A DNA stretch of 57,576 nucleotides, taken from an uncultured Clostridia bacterium. Its GTDB lineage: Bacteria > Bacillota > Clostridia > TANB77 > CAG-508. The notes under the pieces are model-generated. The model searched no databases. It saw only the letters and a list, made by a program, of their open reading frames with translations, and was not told the DNA's origin. Where the stretch lies: positions 1-57,576 of the forward strand of contig CANQAI010000002.1 in NCBI GenBank assembly GCA_947589265.1, read 5' to 3'. The translations under genes and the position numbers were made by a program. Shown in pieces: positions 30,619-40,398 of this stretch; the first letter of the stretch is position 1, and the number at the start of each line of letters is the position of its first letter.

Positions 30619-32226
30619 ATGGCATATACAGCTTTATATAGAAAATTTAGACCATTAAAATTTGAAGATATGGTTGGTCAAGAACATATTACAAAAACTA
30701 TAAAAAATCAAATAATGGCTGGTAGAGTAGGCCATGCTTATTTACTAACTGGAGGCAGAGGAACAGGAAAAACAACAACTGCCAAAATTTTAGCAAGAGC
30801 CGTAAATTGCTTAAATCCACAAAACGGTGAACCATGTAACGAATGTGAAATTTGTAAAGCAGCACTTTCAGGTTCACTAACAGACATTGTAGAAATGGAT
30901 GCAGCATCTAACAACAGTGTAGATGATATTAGAGCTATTCGCGATGAAGTAAATTTTTTACCAACACTTGCAAAATATAGAGTATATATCATAGATGAGG
31001 TACACATGCTATCAACAGGTGCATTCAATGCACTTTTAAAAACTTTAGAAGAGCCACCTACACATGTAAAATTTATTTTAGCAACAACAGAACCACAAAA
31101 ACTACCTGCAACTATTCTTTCAAGATGCCAAAGATTTGACTTTAAAAAAATATCAAATGCAGACATTATTAAAAGATTAGAATATGTATGTAAAGAAAGC
31201 AACATTGAAATTTCAAAAGAAGCATTAAATATTATAGCAATCTTATCTGAGGGGGCAATGAGGGATGCTTTAAGCATATTAGAAAGATGCCTTCAAGAGG
31301 GAAATCAAAAAATAGACGAAAACTTTGTAAAAGACTTAGTTGGAATTCCAAAATTAACCTTCATATCACAAATTATGGAAGGAATTATCAACTACAATGT
31401 AGAAAACGTATTAGCAACAATACAAAAAGTAGAAAATGAAGGAAAAGATTTGCAAAATCTTTTATGGGAATTAATAAAATATGCAAAAGACATCCTAGTA
31501 TGGAAAACAAGTCAAAAACTAGAGATATATAATGAAGAAGAACAAAAACAAATTGCAAAACTATCCGAAAATATATCTAAAGAAAGATTACTACAAATAA
31601 TATATACACTTTCAGAATTAGAAAATGAAATGAAATGGTCATCTCAAAAAACAATATTATTTGAAGTAGCAATGATTAAACTATGTAATAAGCAAGAAGC
31701 TAAAGAAAATAACTCACAAGATTTATCAGATATATATAATAGGCTCAACAAATTAGAAGAAAAGGCAAACTCTGGAGCACTACTAAAAGCACCTGAAGAA
31801 ATTCCAACAGAAAAAGAAACCAAAAATATAAAAGTAAATAATGTACCAAAACCAAAAATAGAAAAAGTAACAGATCTAAAAATAGATAAATTAGATTTTT
31901 GGCCAAAAATAATTGCAAGCTTAAAAGAGCAAAGAAAAATGATGTTAGTAAGTAATTTACTAAACACGGTAGCAACAATGCTAAATGATTTAACAGTTGG
32001 AATTGTATTTCAAAATGGATTAACACCATTTGTAAAAAGCATTATGGAAAAACCAGAAAACATTCAAGAATTAACAAGATTAGTATCTATTGAATGTGGA
32101 AAACAAATGACCATTAAACTTTTAGACTGCCAAGATGAAATTCTACAGAAAAAAATGAAAGAAAAAAATCCAGAAGAACAGGTAATAGAAGAATTAGATA
32201 TTCCTGTTAATGTAATAGAAGAATAA
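30619..32226 (+). CDS. dnaX: DNA polymerase III subunit gamma/tau
   Basis: GGRGTGKTTTAKILA Walker A, zinc module CNECEIC, IIDEVHMLS. Confidence 0.95.
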   Translation: MAYTALYRKFRPLKFEDMVGQEHITKTIKNQIMAGRVGHAYLLTGGRGTGKTTTAKILARAVNCLNPQNGEPCNECEICKAALSGSLTDIVEMDAASNNSVDDIRAIRDEVNFLPTLAKYRVYIIDEVHMLSTGAFNALLKTLEEPPTHVKFILATTEPQKLPATILSRCQRFDFKKISNADIIKRLEYVCKESNIEISKEALNIIAILSEGAMRDALSILERCLQEGNQKIDENFVKDLVGIPKLTFISQIMEGIINYNVENVLATIQKVENEGKDLQNLLWELIKYAKDILVWKTSQKLEIYNEEEQKQIAKLSENISKERLLQIIYTLSELENEMKWSSQKTILFEVAMIKLCNKQEAKENNSQDLSDIYNRLNKLEEKANSGALLKAPEEIPTEKETKNIKVNNVPKPKIEKVTDLKIDKLDFWPKIIASLKEQRKMMLVSNLLNTVATMLNDLTVGIVFQNGLTPFVKSIMEKPENIQELTRLVSIECGKQMTIKLLDCQDEILQKKMKEKNPEEQVIEELDIPVNVIEE

Positions 32227-32303
32227 TATAATAGAACTATAACTTAAGCAGGAATACAATTTAATAGAATAATAATATAATAAAATAATAAGGAGGAAAA
32301 GTT

Positions 32304-32645
32304 ATGTCAAAAAGAGGGTTCCCAGGAATGGGTGGAGGATTTGGTGGAATGAACATAAACCAATTGATGAAAGAAGCAAAAAAAATGCAAGCAGATATGG
32401 AAAAATCACAAACAGAACTAGCAGCAAAAGAATTCGATAGCAGTGTAGGTGGAGGAGCTGTTTATGTTAAAGTATCTGGAAACAAAGAAGTAAAAGAAAT
32501 AAAAATAAAAAAAGAAGCAGTAGACCCAGAAGATGTAGAAATGCTACAAGATTTAATTTTAACTTGTGTAAATGAAGCATTAAGAAAAGTAGACAGTGCG
32601 CAAGCACAAGAACTTGGAAAATATAATATACCAGGACTAATGTAA
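32304..32645 (+). CDS. ybaB: YbaB/EbfC nucleoid-associated protein
   Basis: canonical dnaX-ybaB-recR order; [14 protein letters not shown]... family signature. Confidence 0.9.
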   Translation: MSKRGFPGMGGGFGGMNINQLMKEAKKMQADMEKSQTELAAKEFDSSVGGGAVYVKVSGNKEVKEIKIKKEAVDPEDVEMLQDLILTCVNEALRKVDSAQAQELGKYNIPGLM

Positions 32646-32655
32646 GGAGCAAACT

Positions 32656-33255
32656 ATGTCATACTATTCACCATCAATAGAAAAATTAATAGAAGCATTT
32701 GAAAAATTACCTAGCATAGGAAACAAAACAGCAGCTAGGCTTGCTTTTCATATTCTAGATGCAACTGAGGAACAAACAAATGAATTTGTTAAGGCAATTT
32801 TAGATGCAAAAAAGAACTTAAAATACTGTTCTATTTGCTATAACATTTCAGATACAGACCCATGTCCAATATGTGCAAACCAAAATAGAGATCACACTAC
32901 AATTTGCGTAGTAGAAGATGTAAGAGATGTTGTAGCAATGGAAAAAACACATGAATTTAAAGGAATATACCATGTACTACATGGAAGCATCTCACCAATG
33001 AATGGAATAGGACCTGATGACATCAAAATAAAAGAACTACTTTCACATATAATGGAAGGAAATATAAAAGAAATTATATTGGCAACAAACCCTAGAGTTG
33101 AAGGCGAGGCAACAGCCATGTATATTTCTAAACTTGTAAAACCATTAGGAGTTAAAGTAACAAGAATTGCACATGGAATTCCTGTTGGTGGAGACTTAGA
33201 ATACACAGATGAAGTAACTTTAAGCAAAGCTCTAGAAGGAAGAAGAGAATTGTAA
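32656..33255 (+). CDS. recR: recombination protein RecR
   Basis: [15 protein letters not shown] HhH, C4 zinc finger, Toprim domain. Confidence 0.95.
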   Translation: MSYYSPSIEKLIEAFEKLPSIGNKTAARLAFHILDATEEQTNEFVKAILDAKKNLKYCSICYNISDTDPCPICANQNRDHTTICVVEDVRDVVAMEKTHEFKGIYHVLHGSISPMNGIGPDDIKIKELLSHIMEGNIKEIILATNPRVEGEATAMYISKLVKPLGVKVTRIAHGIPVGGDLEYTDEVTLSKALEGRREL

Positions 33256-33286
33256 AAAAACTCCGTTTAACTACGGAGCTTTTTTA
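33256..33286. terminator. bidirectional terminator between recR and the convergent glycosyltransferase gene
   Basis: ctccgt/acggag stem flanked by an A-run and a T-run. Confidence 0.7.
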
Positions 33287-33290
33287 TACC

Positions 33291-34418
33291 TTAATTTCCT
33301 AAAACAACCTCGCAAATATTTTTGGTCGAATTAAGTTTGCAAAGAGTTTTTGTCTTTTTTCTCATATCTTCAATTTTTTCGTCATTTTCAAATAATTTTG
33401 AAATAACCTCATTAGGATTATCACTTTTTCTAATCCAAACTCCAACGCCATTTTTTTCTAAAAATTCAGCATTTTCTTCCTCTTGACCAGGAATAGGATT
33501 AATTATAATCATAGGAAGTCCAGACGCCAAACTCTCTGTTGTAGTAAGGCCACCGGGCTTTGTTACAACCATATAAGAAATACTCATAAGCTCTGGGACC
33601 TTATCTGTAAAGCCAAGTACAACAACTCTATTTTGAGAGTTACAAGATAAAACTAATTGCTCAAATGCCTCTTTCATTTTTACATTTTTACCACTAACAG
33701 CAACTATTTGATAATTTGGAAGTTTTTCTATTAAAGTTTTTAAAACTTGCACAGTCCTATCTTTTCCAAGCCCAAACTCTCCACCACCAAAAAATAAAAT
33801 AACCTTTTTTTCTTGGTCTAATTTAAAATCTTCGTAAATCTTTTGCTTATCAAAACTTTCAGAAAATCTATCAGACATAGGAATTCCAGTTACATATATT
33901 TTATTTTCAGAAACACCATAATTTATAATATCTTGCTTCATATTCTCATTTGAAACAAAAAAATAATCTGTATACTCATGTCCAATCAACCATTGCCTAT
34001 GCATAGCAAAATCTGTCATAATAGTAGCAAGAGTACAGTTCAATTTTTGCTTTCTTTTTAAATAACTAACCATTTGACTGCTAAAAGGGTGAGTAGAAAT
34101 TACTACATCTGCATTTTTTTCTTGAAGTAATTTATTAAGCCTAACTGCCATAAGTTTATTACTATCTTTACTAAACTTAGAAAGTAAGCCCCTTTGAGAA
34201 CCAGAATAAACCTTTCCCCATAACTTAGGAACCTTTTTTGCCATTTCACGATAAGCAACAGTTGTCATTTTTTCTATGTGTTTACTTACATATTTCATAC
34301 AATCTATCATTTCTACATCAATAAGAGGAAAATTTTTTTCAATACACTGTAAAATAGACTTCGCAGCAGATAAATGCCCTCCTCCATAGGAAGCATAAAA
34401 AACAATAACTTTTTTCAT
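33291..34418 (-). CDS. MGDG-synthase-family (UgtP-like) diacylglycerol glycosyltransferase
   Basis: MKKVIVFYASYGGGH N-terminus, C-terminal GT-B motif KPGGLTTTESLASGLPMI. Confidence 0.8.
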   Translation of the reverse strand: MKKVIVFYASYGGGHLSAAKSILQCIEKNFPLIDVEMIDCMKYVSKHIEKMTTVAYREMAKKVPKLWGKVYSGSQRGLLSKFSKDSNKLMAVRLNKLLQEKNADVVISTHPFSSQMVSYLKRKQKLNCTLATIMTDFAMHRQWLIGHEYTDYFFVSNENMKQDIINYGVSENKIYVTGIPMSDRFSESFDKQKIYEDFKLDQEKKVILFFGGGEFGLGKDRTVQVLKTLIEKLPNYQIVAVSGKNVKMKEAFEQLVLSCNSQNRVVVLGFTDKVPELMSISYMVVTKPGGLTTTESLASGLPMIIINPIPGQEEENAEFLEKNGVGVWIRKSDNPNEVISKLFENDEKIEDMRKKTKTLCKLNSTKNICEVVLGN

Positions 34419-34649
34419 ATAAATCCTTTCCAACATAAACTTATAATATTTAAAAAATTAATAATTCAGAAACATTATAACATATTAAATAAAAAAACTA
34501 CAATATTATATATATCAAAAATAAAAAATGCATAATTTAACAAAAAATGGACAAAATGAGATTATATAAAACTTATAGAAAGGAAAAACTGTCTTTTAAA
34601 TTTATATAAAAAATATATAAATTTAAAAACAGAATTTTAAACAAAAACA

Positions 34650-35123
34650 ATGAAAAGAATTATAAAAATTATATTTTTATTATCAGTAACTTCACTATTA
34701 ATAATAGAACTAATTAATTTTTTAAGTAATCAAAAACAAGTAAAAGCAGCCTCAAAAAGTGGAACTACTTCAGATGTCCAATTATTAGCAAGAGCAATAA
34801 ATGGAGAAGCGAGAGGAGAGCCTTATGAAGGGCAAGTAGCAGTTGGAGCAGTAATTTTAAATCGCGTGGCAAGTTCAAAATTCCCTAATACAATTTCAGG
34901 AGTTATATACCAACCAGGAGCATTTACAGCAGTGTCAGATGGACAAATTAATGTACCAATTGCAGAATCATCATCAGTAGTAAAAGCAGCACGAGATGCA
35001 TTAAATGGTTGGGACCCAACAGGGGGAGCAATATATTATTTCAATCCAGCTACAGCAACAAATAAATGGATATGGTCAAGGCCACTTATAAAAACAATAG
35101 GAAAGCATAGGTTTTGCAAGTAA
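34650..35123 (+). CDS. sleB: spore cortex-lytic enzyme, SleB/CwlJ-type cell wall hydrolase domain
   Basis: LLARAINGEARGEPYEGQVAVGAVILNRV, YQPGAFTAV motifs; followed by ypeB. Confidence 0.85.
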   Translation: MKRIIKIIFLLSVTSLLIIELINFLSNQKQVKAASKSGTTSDVQLLARAINGEARGEPYEGQVAVGAVILNRVASSKFPNTISGVIYQPGAFTAVSDGQINVPIAESSSVVKAARDALNGWDPTGGAIYYFNPATATNKWIWSRPLIKTIGKHRFCK

Positions 35124-35181
35124 AATAACAAAATTATGTAAAGTAATAAGATTTACATAAATAAAGAAAGGAATTAAAATT

Positions 35182-36573
35182 ATGGGAAAAATAACTAATA
35201 AATTAACAGACTGGAAAAATAGATTACAAGATAGACACATGCTTAGTATTATTGTAGTATTATTTGCAATAATAATAGCAATGGGAGTATGGATTTATAA
35301 AAAACAAGTAGATTATAGGCAAGCCTCAGAAAATGGGTATAATATGGCATTTTTTGAATTAGTAGATTATGTACAAAATGTAGAAACATATTTAGCAAAA
35401 TCAATAATTTCTAGTACTCCAGAGCATGGAGCAGAAACACTAACAAATGTATGGAGAGAAGCAAACTTAGCCCAGGTTTATTTATCCAGACTTCCAATAG
35501 AAAGTAACGAACTAGAAAAAACTGCAAAATTTTTAAACCAAGTAAGTGATTATAGTTACTCACTGTCTAGAAAAAATATATATAACGAAGAGCTTTCACA
35601 AGAAGACTTAGATAATTTGCAAGAACTTCATGACTATAGTGTAGAATTAGAAAATACTTTAAACCAGCTATCAGCAGATATGAATGAAGGAAGAATTAGC
35701 TGGAGTGAATTAACTAAAAAAGGAAACATAGCCTTTGCTCAAGAAGTAAGCAATATTTCAAAAGATAGCTTTAGCAACTTAGAAGAAAACTTTCACGAAT
35801 ATTCTGGCTTAATATATGATGGCGCATTTTCAGAGCACATGACATCAGCTGAAAAGAAAGGCTTAACAGGTGAAAACATTAGTGAAGAAAAAGCAAAAGA
35901 AATAGCAGAAAAATTTATTGGTAAAGATAAAATACAAGAAATTTCTTTATCAGGAAAATCAGAAAACACAGATATGGTAACATATGACTTTAACGCAAAA
36001 GTAAATGGCGAAAAAGATGCAAATGTGGTAATTTCTATATCAGAAAAAGGTGGACATGTAGTATTTATGAACTATAATAGAAATATTGAAGCAGAAAGTG
36101 TTTCACAAGAAAGAGCAGATGAAATTGGAAAAAAATTCTTAGAAGAACATGATTTTCCAAATATGAAAGAAACTTATTACTTAAAAGAAAGTGGAATAGT
36201 TACAATAAATTATGCTTATGAACAAGATGGAGTCGTTATTTATCCGGATCTAGTAAAGCTAAAAGTAGCATTAGATAATGGCGAAATAATGGGAATTGAA
36301 ACAACAGGATATTTAAATTCACATCAAGAAAGAGATTTACCAGAAGTTAAAATTACAAAACAGCAAGCAAAAAGTAGCTTAAATCCAAAATTAGATATTA
36401 AAAGTGAAAATTTAGGAATTATTCCAACAGAATGGAAAACAGAAGTAATGTGTTGGGAATTTAAAGGTAAAGTAAACGATACAGACTTTTTAGTATATAT
36501 AAATTGTCAAACAGGAAAAGAAGAAGATATATTAGTAATAGTAAATACCCCAAACGGAACTTTAACACATTAA
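35182..36573 (+). CDS. ypeB: germination protein YpeB
   Basis: N-terminal TM helix, helical region, C-terminal PepSY-like repeats; sleB-ypeB operon order. Confidence 0.8.
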   Translation: MGKITNKLTDWKNRLQDRHMLSIIVVLFAIIIAMGVWIYKKQVDYRQASENGYNMAFFELVDYVQNVETYLAKSIISSTPEHGAETLTNVWREANLAQVYLSRLPIESNELEKTAKFLNQVSDYSYSLSRKNIYNEELSQEDLDNLQELHDYSVELENTLNQLSADMNEGRISWSELTKKGNIAFAQEVSNISKDSFSNLEENFHEYSGLIYDGAFSEHMTSAEKKGLTGENISEEKAKEIAEKFIGKDKIQEISLSGKSENTDMVTYDFNAKVNGEKDANVVISISEKGGHVVFMNYNRNIEAESVSQERADEIGKKFLEEHDFPNMKETYYLKESGIVTINYAYEQDGVVIYPDLVKLKVALDNGEIMGIETTGYLNSHQERDLPEVKITKQQAKSSLNPKLDIKSENLGIIPTEWKTEVMCWEFKGKVNDTDFLVYINCQTGKEEDILVIVNTPNGTLTH

Positions 36574-36696
36574 AATCTAGATAAATTAATTTGGAAAAAA
36601 TTTTAAAAATATTTTTCAAAAAATAAAACAAAATAATAATGTGAAAATATAATTTTTCACAATTAAAACTAAAAGATCTGTTAGGAGGTAGTTATT

Positions 36697-36873
36697 ATGT
36701 CAAATAACAGAAAACTAATTTCTGATAAATTAAGAGAAGAAATAGCAAAAGAACTTGGAGTATATGACCAAGTAAAACAAGACGGAGGATGGGGAAACGT
36801 ACCATCTAAAACTTGTGGTAATATTGTAAGCAAAGCAATTGAAATTGCAAACAGAACAGCTCAAAATAGCTAG
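36697..36873 (+). CDS. alpha/beta-type small acid-soluble spore protein (58 aa, below the ORF-track cutoff)
   Basis: AGGAGG RBS; translation MSNNRKLISDKLREEIAKELGVYDQVKQDGGWGNVPSKTCGNIVSKAIEIANRTAQNS has the KxEIAxELGV and G-x-V-x-S-K-x-x-G-x-(I/V) SASP pattern. Confidence 0.75.
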   Translation: MSNNRKLISDKLREEIAKELGVYDQVKQDGGWGNVPSKTCGNIVSKAIEIANRTAQNS

Positions 36874-36897
36874 TTTTAATTTAATAGTATTTAGCTA

Positions 36898-36935
36898 AAA
36901 GGAAACTCATTAATTTGAGTTTCCTTTATTTTCAT
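36898..36935. terminator. bidirectional terminator (SASP gene / toxN-like gene)
   Basis: aggaaactca/tgagtttcct stem followed by a T-rich run. Confidence 0.65.
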
Positions 36936-37421
36936 TTATACTTTGCTTTTCTAATAACTTGAAATTACAAGATATTGTTTTAAGGAAGTTTCTTTTATGC
37001 TTTGTTACAGCAACATACATTTTATTAGCCCTTTTGTATATCTCTTCTTTGTTAGAATTTATATATCTATATTCGCCGATATTAAATCTTTATATTTTTT
37101 ATCCTGTTTATTGTATTCTAAAACAGATGTCACCTTTATATTGCTAGGAACTGGTATCATAGCTGAAAATTTAATAATTGCTAATGGTTTCTTTCTCCTA
37201 TTGTATACCAAAAAGAAACTAGGATTATTTTTATATTTTTGATAATGAATTTTATAAGAATATAAAGGTACAAAATATTCATAACTTTCTATTCTTAATA
37301 CTATTCCTAAATATGGTCTACTATGCCCAAGTTCTTCTTTATTATAGCTTACATTACTTTCAAATTTACTTAAATATTTAATATAATTTTTATCAATTGT
37401 ATAAAATAATAATTCTTCCAT
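36910..37421 (-). pseudogene. ToxN/AbiQ-family type III toxin (endoribonuclease), -1 frame break near 37062-37090
   Basis: N-terminal 120 aa (FYTIDKNYIKYLSKFESNV...RPYLGIVLRIESYEYFVPLYS) matches the ToxN/AbiQ pattern; the C-terminus IGEYRYINSNKEEIYKRANKMYVAV...ISCNFKLLEKQ continues in the -1 frame to stop 36910; total about 170 aa. Confidence 0.75.
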
Positions 37422-37439
37422 TTTTCCTCACTTTTTTGT

Positions 37440-37477
37440 AAAATATAAGGAGGTACACTTTTTAAAATGTACCCCCC
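37440..37477 (-). terminator. hairpin (attenuating terminator) between antitoxin repeats and toxin gene
   Basis: minus strand ggggggtaca-N10-tgtacctcc followed by a T-rich tract, just upstream of the toxin RBS. Confidence 0.55.
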
Positions 37478-37490
37478 TAATTTAAAACTG

Positions 37491-37612
37491 CTTATTTATA
37501 AGGCTTAAGCATTACCTAATTTCAAATCAGTTCATTTATAAGGCTTGAACTTTACCTAATTTCAAATCGTTCTTTTTTAGGTAAGAACTTCCTATTAGTA
37601 ATCAAATGATTA
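37491..37612 (-). ncRNA. ToxI-like antitoxin RNA array: two ~40-nt tandem repeats plus one degenerate repeat
   Basis: atttataaggctt(a/g)a(g/a)c(a/t)ttacctaatttcaaatc repeated at 37494 and 37534 (period 40); degenerate third unit 37571-37612; lies between promoter and toxin gene. Confidence 0.7.
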
Positions 37613-37628
37613 CCCTTTTAGTATATTA

Positions 37629-37657
37629 ATTATACTATTTTTTATTCTTTGTGTCAA
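37629..37657 (-). promoter_or_regulatory. promoter of the type III TA locus
   Basis: minus strand TTGACA, 17-nt spacer, TATAAT; ends about 10 nt upstream of the repeat array. Confidence 0.6.
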
Positions 37658-37839
37658 TGAAATAAGCTAATTTTTTACCTAACTACCTTTACCTAACTAT
37701 TTCTTTCGTAATTTTAGTTGCAGTTTATAAATAATTAGAATATAATAGCAATAAATTATACGTAAAATTAAAAAATATTAATAAGAATTAAAAAACTAGG
37801 TTTATAGGTACCTATTTTATCAAAAAACCTAAATATATT

Positions 37840-39255
37840 ATGCAAGGAATTAAAACAAAAATGAATAAAACAATAACAGTAAGAAATATATTAGATGTAA
37901 CAGGTGGAAAATTAATTTATGGAAATGAAAACTTAATTTGTGAAAAATTTTCAAAAGACACAAGAGAACTTAATAAAGGTGAAGTCTATGTAGGACTTCA
38001 AGGTGAGAACTTCAATGGAAGTACATTATATGAGCAAGCTCTAGAAAAAGAAGCGATAGCCTGCATTTTACAAGGGGTAGAAGTACCAAAAGAAACTATA
38101 CAAAAATATCCAAATACAGCGATTATATTAGTAGAAAACACAGTAAAAGCACTTCAACAAATTGCTACATATAAAAGAAGCTTATATAACATACCAGTAG
38201 TTGCAATTACTGGGAGCGTAGGAAAAACAAGCACCAAAGATATGGTTGCAAGTGTACTTTCTAAAAAATATAAAGTATTAAAAACAATGGGAAATTATAA
38301 CAACGAAATAGGCTTGCCACTAACAATACTTAACTTAACAAATGAAGAAATAATGGTTTTAGAAATGGGAATGAATTCTTTTGGAGAAATAAGTATACTT
38401 ACAAACATAGCAAAACCAGATGTAGCAGTAATCACAAACATTGGCACAGCACATATTGGCATGCTTGGCTCAAGAGAAAATATTTTAAAAGCGAAACTAG
38501 AAATTTTAGAAGGATTAAACCCTAATGGAACAGTAGTTATAAATTATGATAACGACTTACTACATAACTGGTATGAAAAAGAAAACCAAAATTATAATAT
38601 AATTACTTATGGCTTAAATAAACAAAGTAACATTCTAGGCCAAAACCCTAAGCTTCACGAAAACGGAAGTGAATGTGAAGTAATACTTAATGGTGAAAAA
38701 TATAACCTACATATTCCAGTAGGAGGAGAACATTTTATACAAAATAGCTTATGTGCAATAGCTGTTGCAAAAATATTTAACATAGAAATGCCCAAAATAA
38801 TAGAAGGAATTGCAAACTTTGAACTTACAAAAAAAAGAATGGAAATTAAAAAAGCCAAAAATGGAGCAAAAGTAATTAATGATTGCTATAATGCAAACTA
38901 TGACTCAATGAAAGCAGCCATAGATTACTTAGGGAAATTTCCAAACAGTAAAAAAATAGCTGTATTAGGAGATATGCTAGAACTTGGTGAGTATAGCAAA
39001 GAACTTCATCAAAAAGTTGGTGAAGTAGTTGCAAACAACAAAATAAATTTATTAATCTGCGTAGGAGAAGACTCTAAATATATAGCACAAAAAGCCCAAG
39101 AAATGGGAATGAACAAAGAAAAAATATTCCTATGTAAAACTAACAATGAGGCAATTAGTATTTTGCAAAAAGAAATGAATGAGCAAGATGTAGTTTTGCT
39201 TAAAGCATCAAACGGATTGCACTTTACTGAAATTTGTGATGCAATTTGTGATTAA
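37840..39255 (+). CDS. murF: UDP-N-acetylmuramoyl-tripeptide--D-alanyl-D-alanine ligase (start uncertain: 37840 or 37861)
   Basis: ITGSVGKTSTKDM P-loop and Mur ligase middle and C-terminal domains. Confidence 0.92.
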   Translation: MQGIKTKMNKTITVRNILDVTGGKLIYGNENLICEKFSKDTRELNKGEVYVGLQGENFNGSTLYEQALEKEAIACILQGVEVPKETIQKYPNTAIILVENTVKALQQIATYKRSLYNIPVVAITGSVGKTSTKDMVASVLSKKYKVLKTMGNYNNEIGLPLTILNLTNEEIMVLEMGMNSFGEISILTNIAKPDVAVITNIGTAHIGMLGSRENILKAKLEILEGLNPNGTVVINYDNDLLHNWYEKENQNYNIITYGLNKQSNILGQNPKLHENGSECEVILNGEKYNLHIPVGGEHFIQNSLCAIAVAKIFNIEMPKIIEGIANFELTKKRMEIKKAKNGAKVINDCYNANYDSMKAAIDYLGKFPNSKKIAVLGDMLELGEYSKELHQKVGEVVANNKINLLICVGEDSKYIAQKAQEMGMNKEKIFLCKTNNEAISILQKEMNEQDVVLLKASNGLHFTEICDAICD

Positions 39256-39287
39256 GAACTAAAATAGTAAGAGGAGTGATTTTTTAA

Positions 39288-40340
39288 ATGAATAAAATAA
39301 AATTAGGTGTCATCTTTGGGGGAATGTCAACAGAACACGATGTATCAGTTGTGTCTGCTACATCAATTATAAAAAATTTAAATCGCGAAAAATATGAAAT
39401 ATTTCCAATTTATATAGACAATGAAGGAAAATGGTATCACTATACAAAAAATATAGAAGAAATAGAAATTTTAAATATAGGTGAAAAATTATCTAATATA
39501 GAACCTATAGAAAATGTATTAGAATACTTAGGAAGATTAGATGTAGCATTTCCAGTACTACACGGACTATATGGAGAAGATGGAACAATTCAAGGACTAT
39601 TTGAATTATTAAAATTAAAATATGTAGGATGCAAGGTCCTTGGATCTAGTCTTTGTATGGATAAGGCCTATGCAAAAGTAATATTCGATAAAGCTGAAAT
39701 AAAACAAGCAAAATACATATATATAAAAGCAAAAAACGATGATTATCGTTACATAGATAGTAATTTTAATGAACAAAAACAAACTTTAGATGAAATTGCT
39801 AAAAAAGTAAAAGAAAAATTAGGTTTTCCTGTATTTGTAAAACCATCTAATTCTGGTTCTTCCGTAGGAATTAAAAAGGCAGATAATGAAGAAAATTTAA
39901 AACAAGCTATTTTATATTCTGCAAAATATGACACAAAAATTATCATAGAAGAAGAAATAATTGGCAGAGAAGTAGAATGTGCAGTACTTGGAAACGAAGA
40001 TGTAGAAGCTACTTGTGTAGGCGAAATTTTACCAGCAGAAGAATTTTACACATTTGATGCAAAATATAAAAATGCTCAGTCGCAAGTGATAATACCTGCT
40101 GAAATTTCAAGCGAAAAGCAAGAAGAAATTAAAAAACTAGCAATAAAGGCTTTTAAAGCAGTAGATGGAAAAGGATTATCAAGAGTAGATTTCTTTATTA
40201 AAAAAGATACTGAAGAAGTAGTTATAAACGAAATAAATACATTACCAGGATTTACACAAATTAGCATGTACCCAAAACTATGGGAAAATAGTGGGTTAAG
40301 CTATACAGAGCTTTTAGATAGACTAATAGAATTAGCTTAA
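39288..40340 (+). CDS. ddl: D-alanine--D-alanine ligase
   Basis: GGMSTEHDVS, HGLYGEDGTIQG, ATP-grasp motifs, EINTLPGFT. Confidence 0.95.
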   Translation: MNKIKLGVIFGGMSTEHDVSVVSATSIIKNLNREKYEIFPIYIDNEGKWYHYTKNIEEIEILNIGEKLSNIEPIENVLEYLGRLDVAFPVLHGLYGEDGTIQGLFELLKLKYVGCKVLGSSLCMDKAYAKVIFDKAEIKQAKYIYIKAKNDDYRYIDSNFNEQKQTLDEIAKKVKEKLGFPVFVKPSNSGSSVGIKKADNEENLKQAILYSAKYDTKIIIEEEIIGREVECAVLGNEDVEATCVGEILPAEEFYTFDAKYKNAQSQVIIPAEISSEKQEEIKKLAIKAFKAVDGKGLSRVDFFIKKDTEEVVINEINTLPGFTQISMYPKLWENSGLSYTELLDRLIELA

Positions 40341-40398
40341 TGAGTATATGAGTTTATAGGTTTTTCACAAAAACCTAAATATATAAAAAGGACAAGTT

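Noticed and set aside
31135-31155. A-rich tract (ttt aaa aaa ata) in dnaX as a programmed -1 frameshift site like E. coli gamma/tau
   Set aside because: It lies near codon 175 inside the ATPase domain, far from where gamma is produced, and I see no downstream stem-loop or nearby -1 stop arrangement.
34594-34628. Perfect 15-bp inverted repeat (ttttaaatttatata-N5-tatataaatttaaaa) 22 nt upstream of sleB as an operator or hairpin
   Set aside because: It is made only of A and T, so folding is weak and chance occurrence is high in this genome. It is noted but cannot be supported as functional.
37491-37612. Tandem repeats as a small CRISPR array
   Set aside because: The repeats are directly adjacent with no spacers, number only 2-3 units, and have no cas genes nearby. 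Their position between a promoter and a ToxN-like gene fits a type III antitoxin instead.
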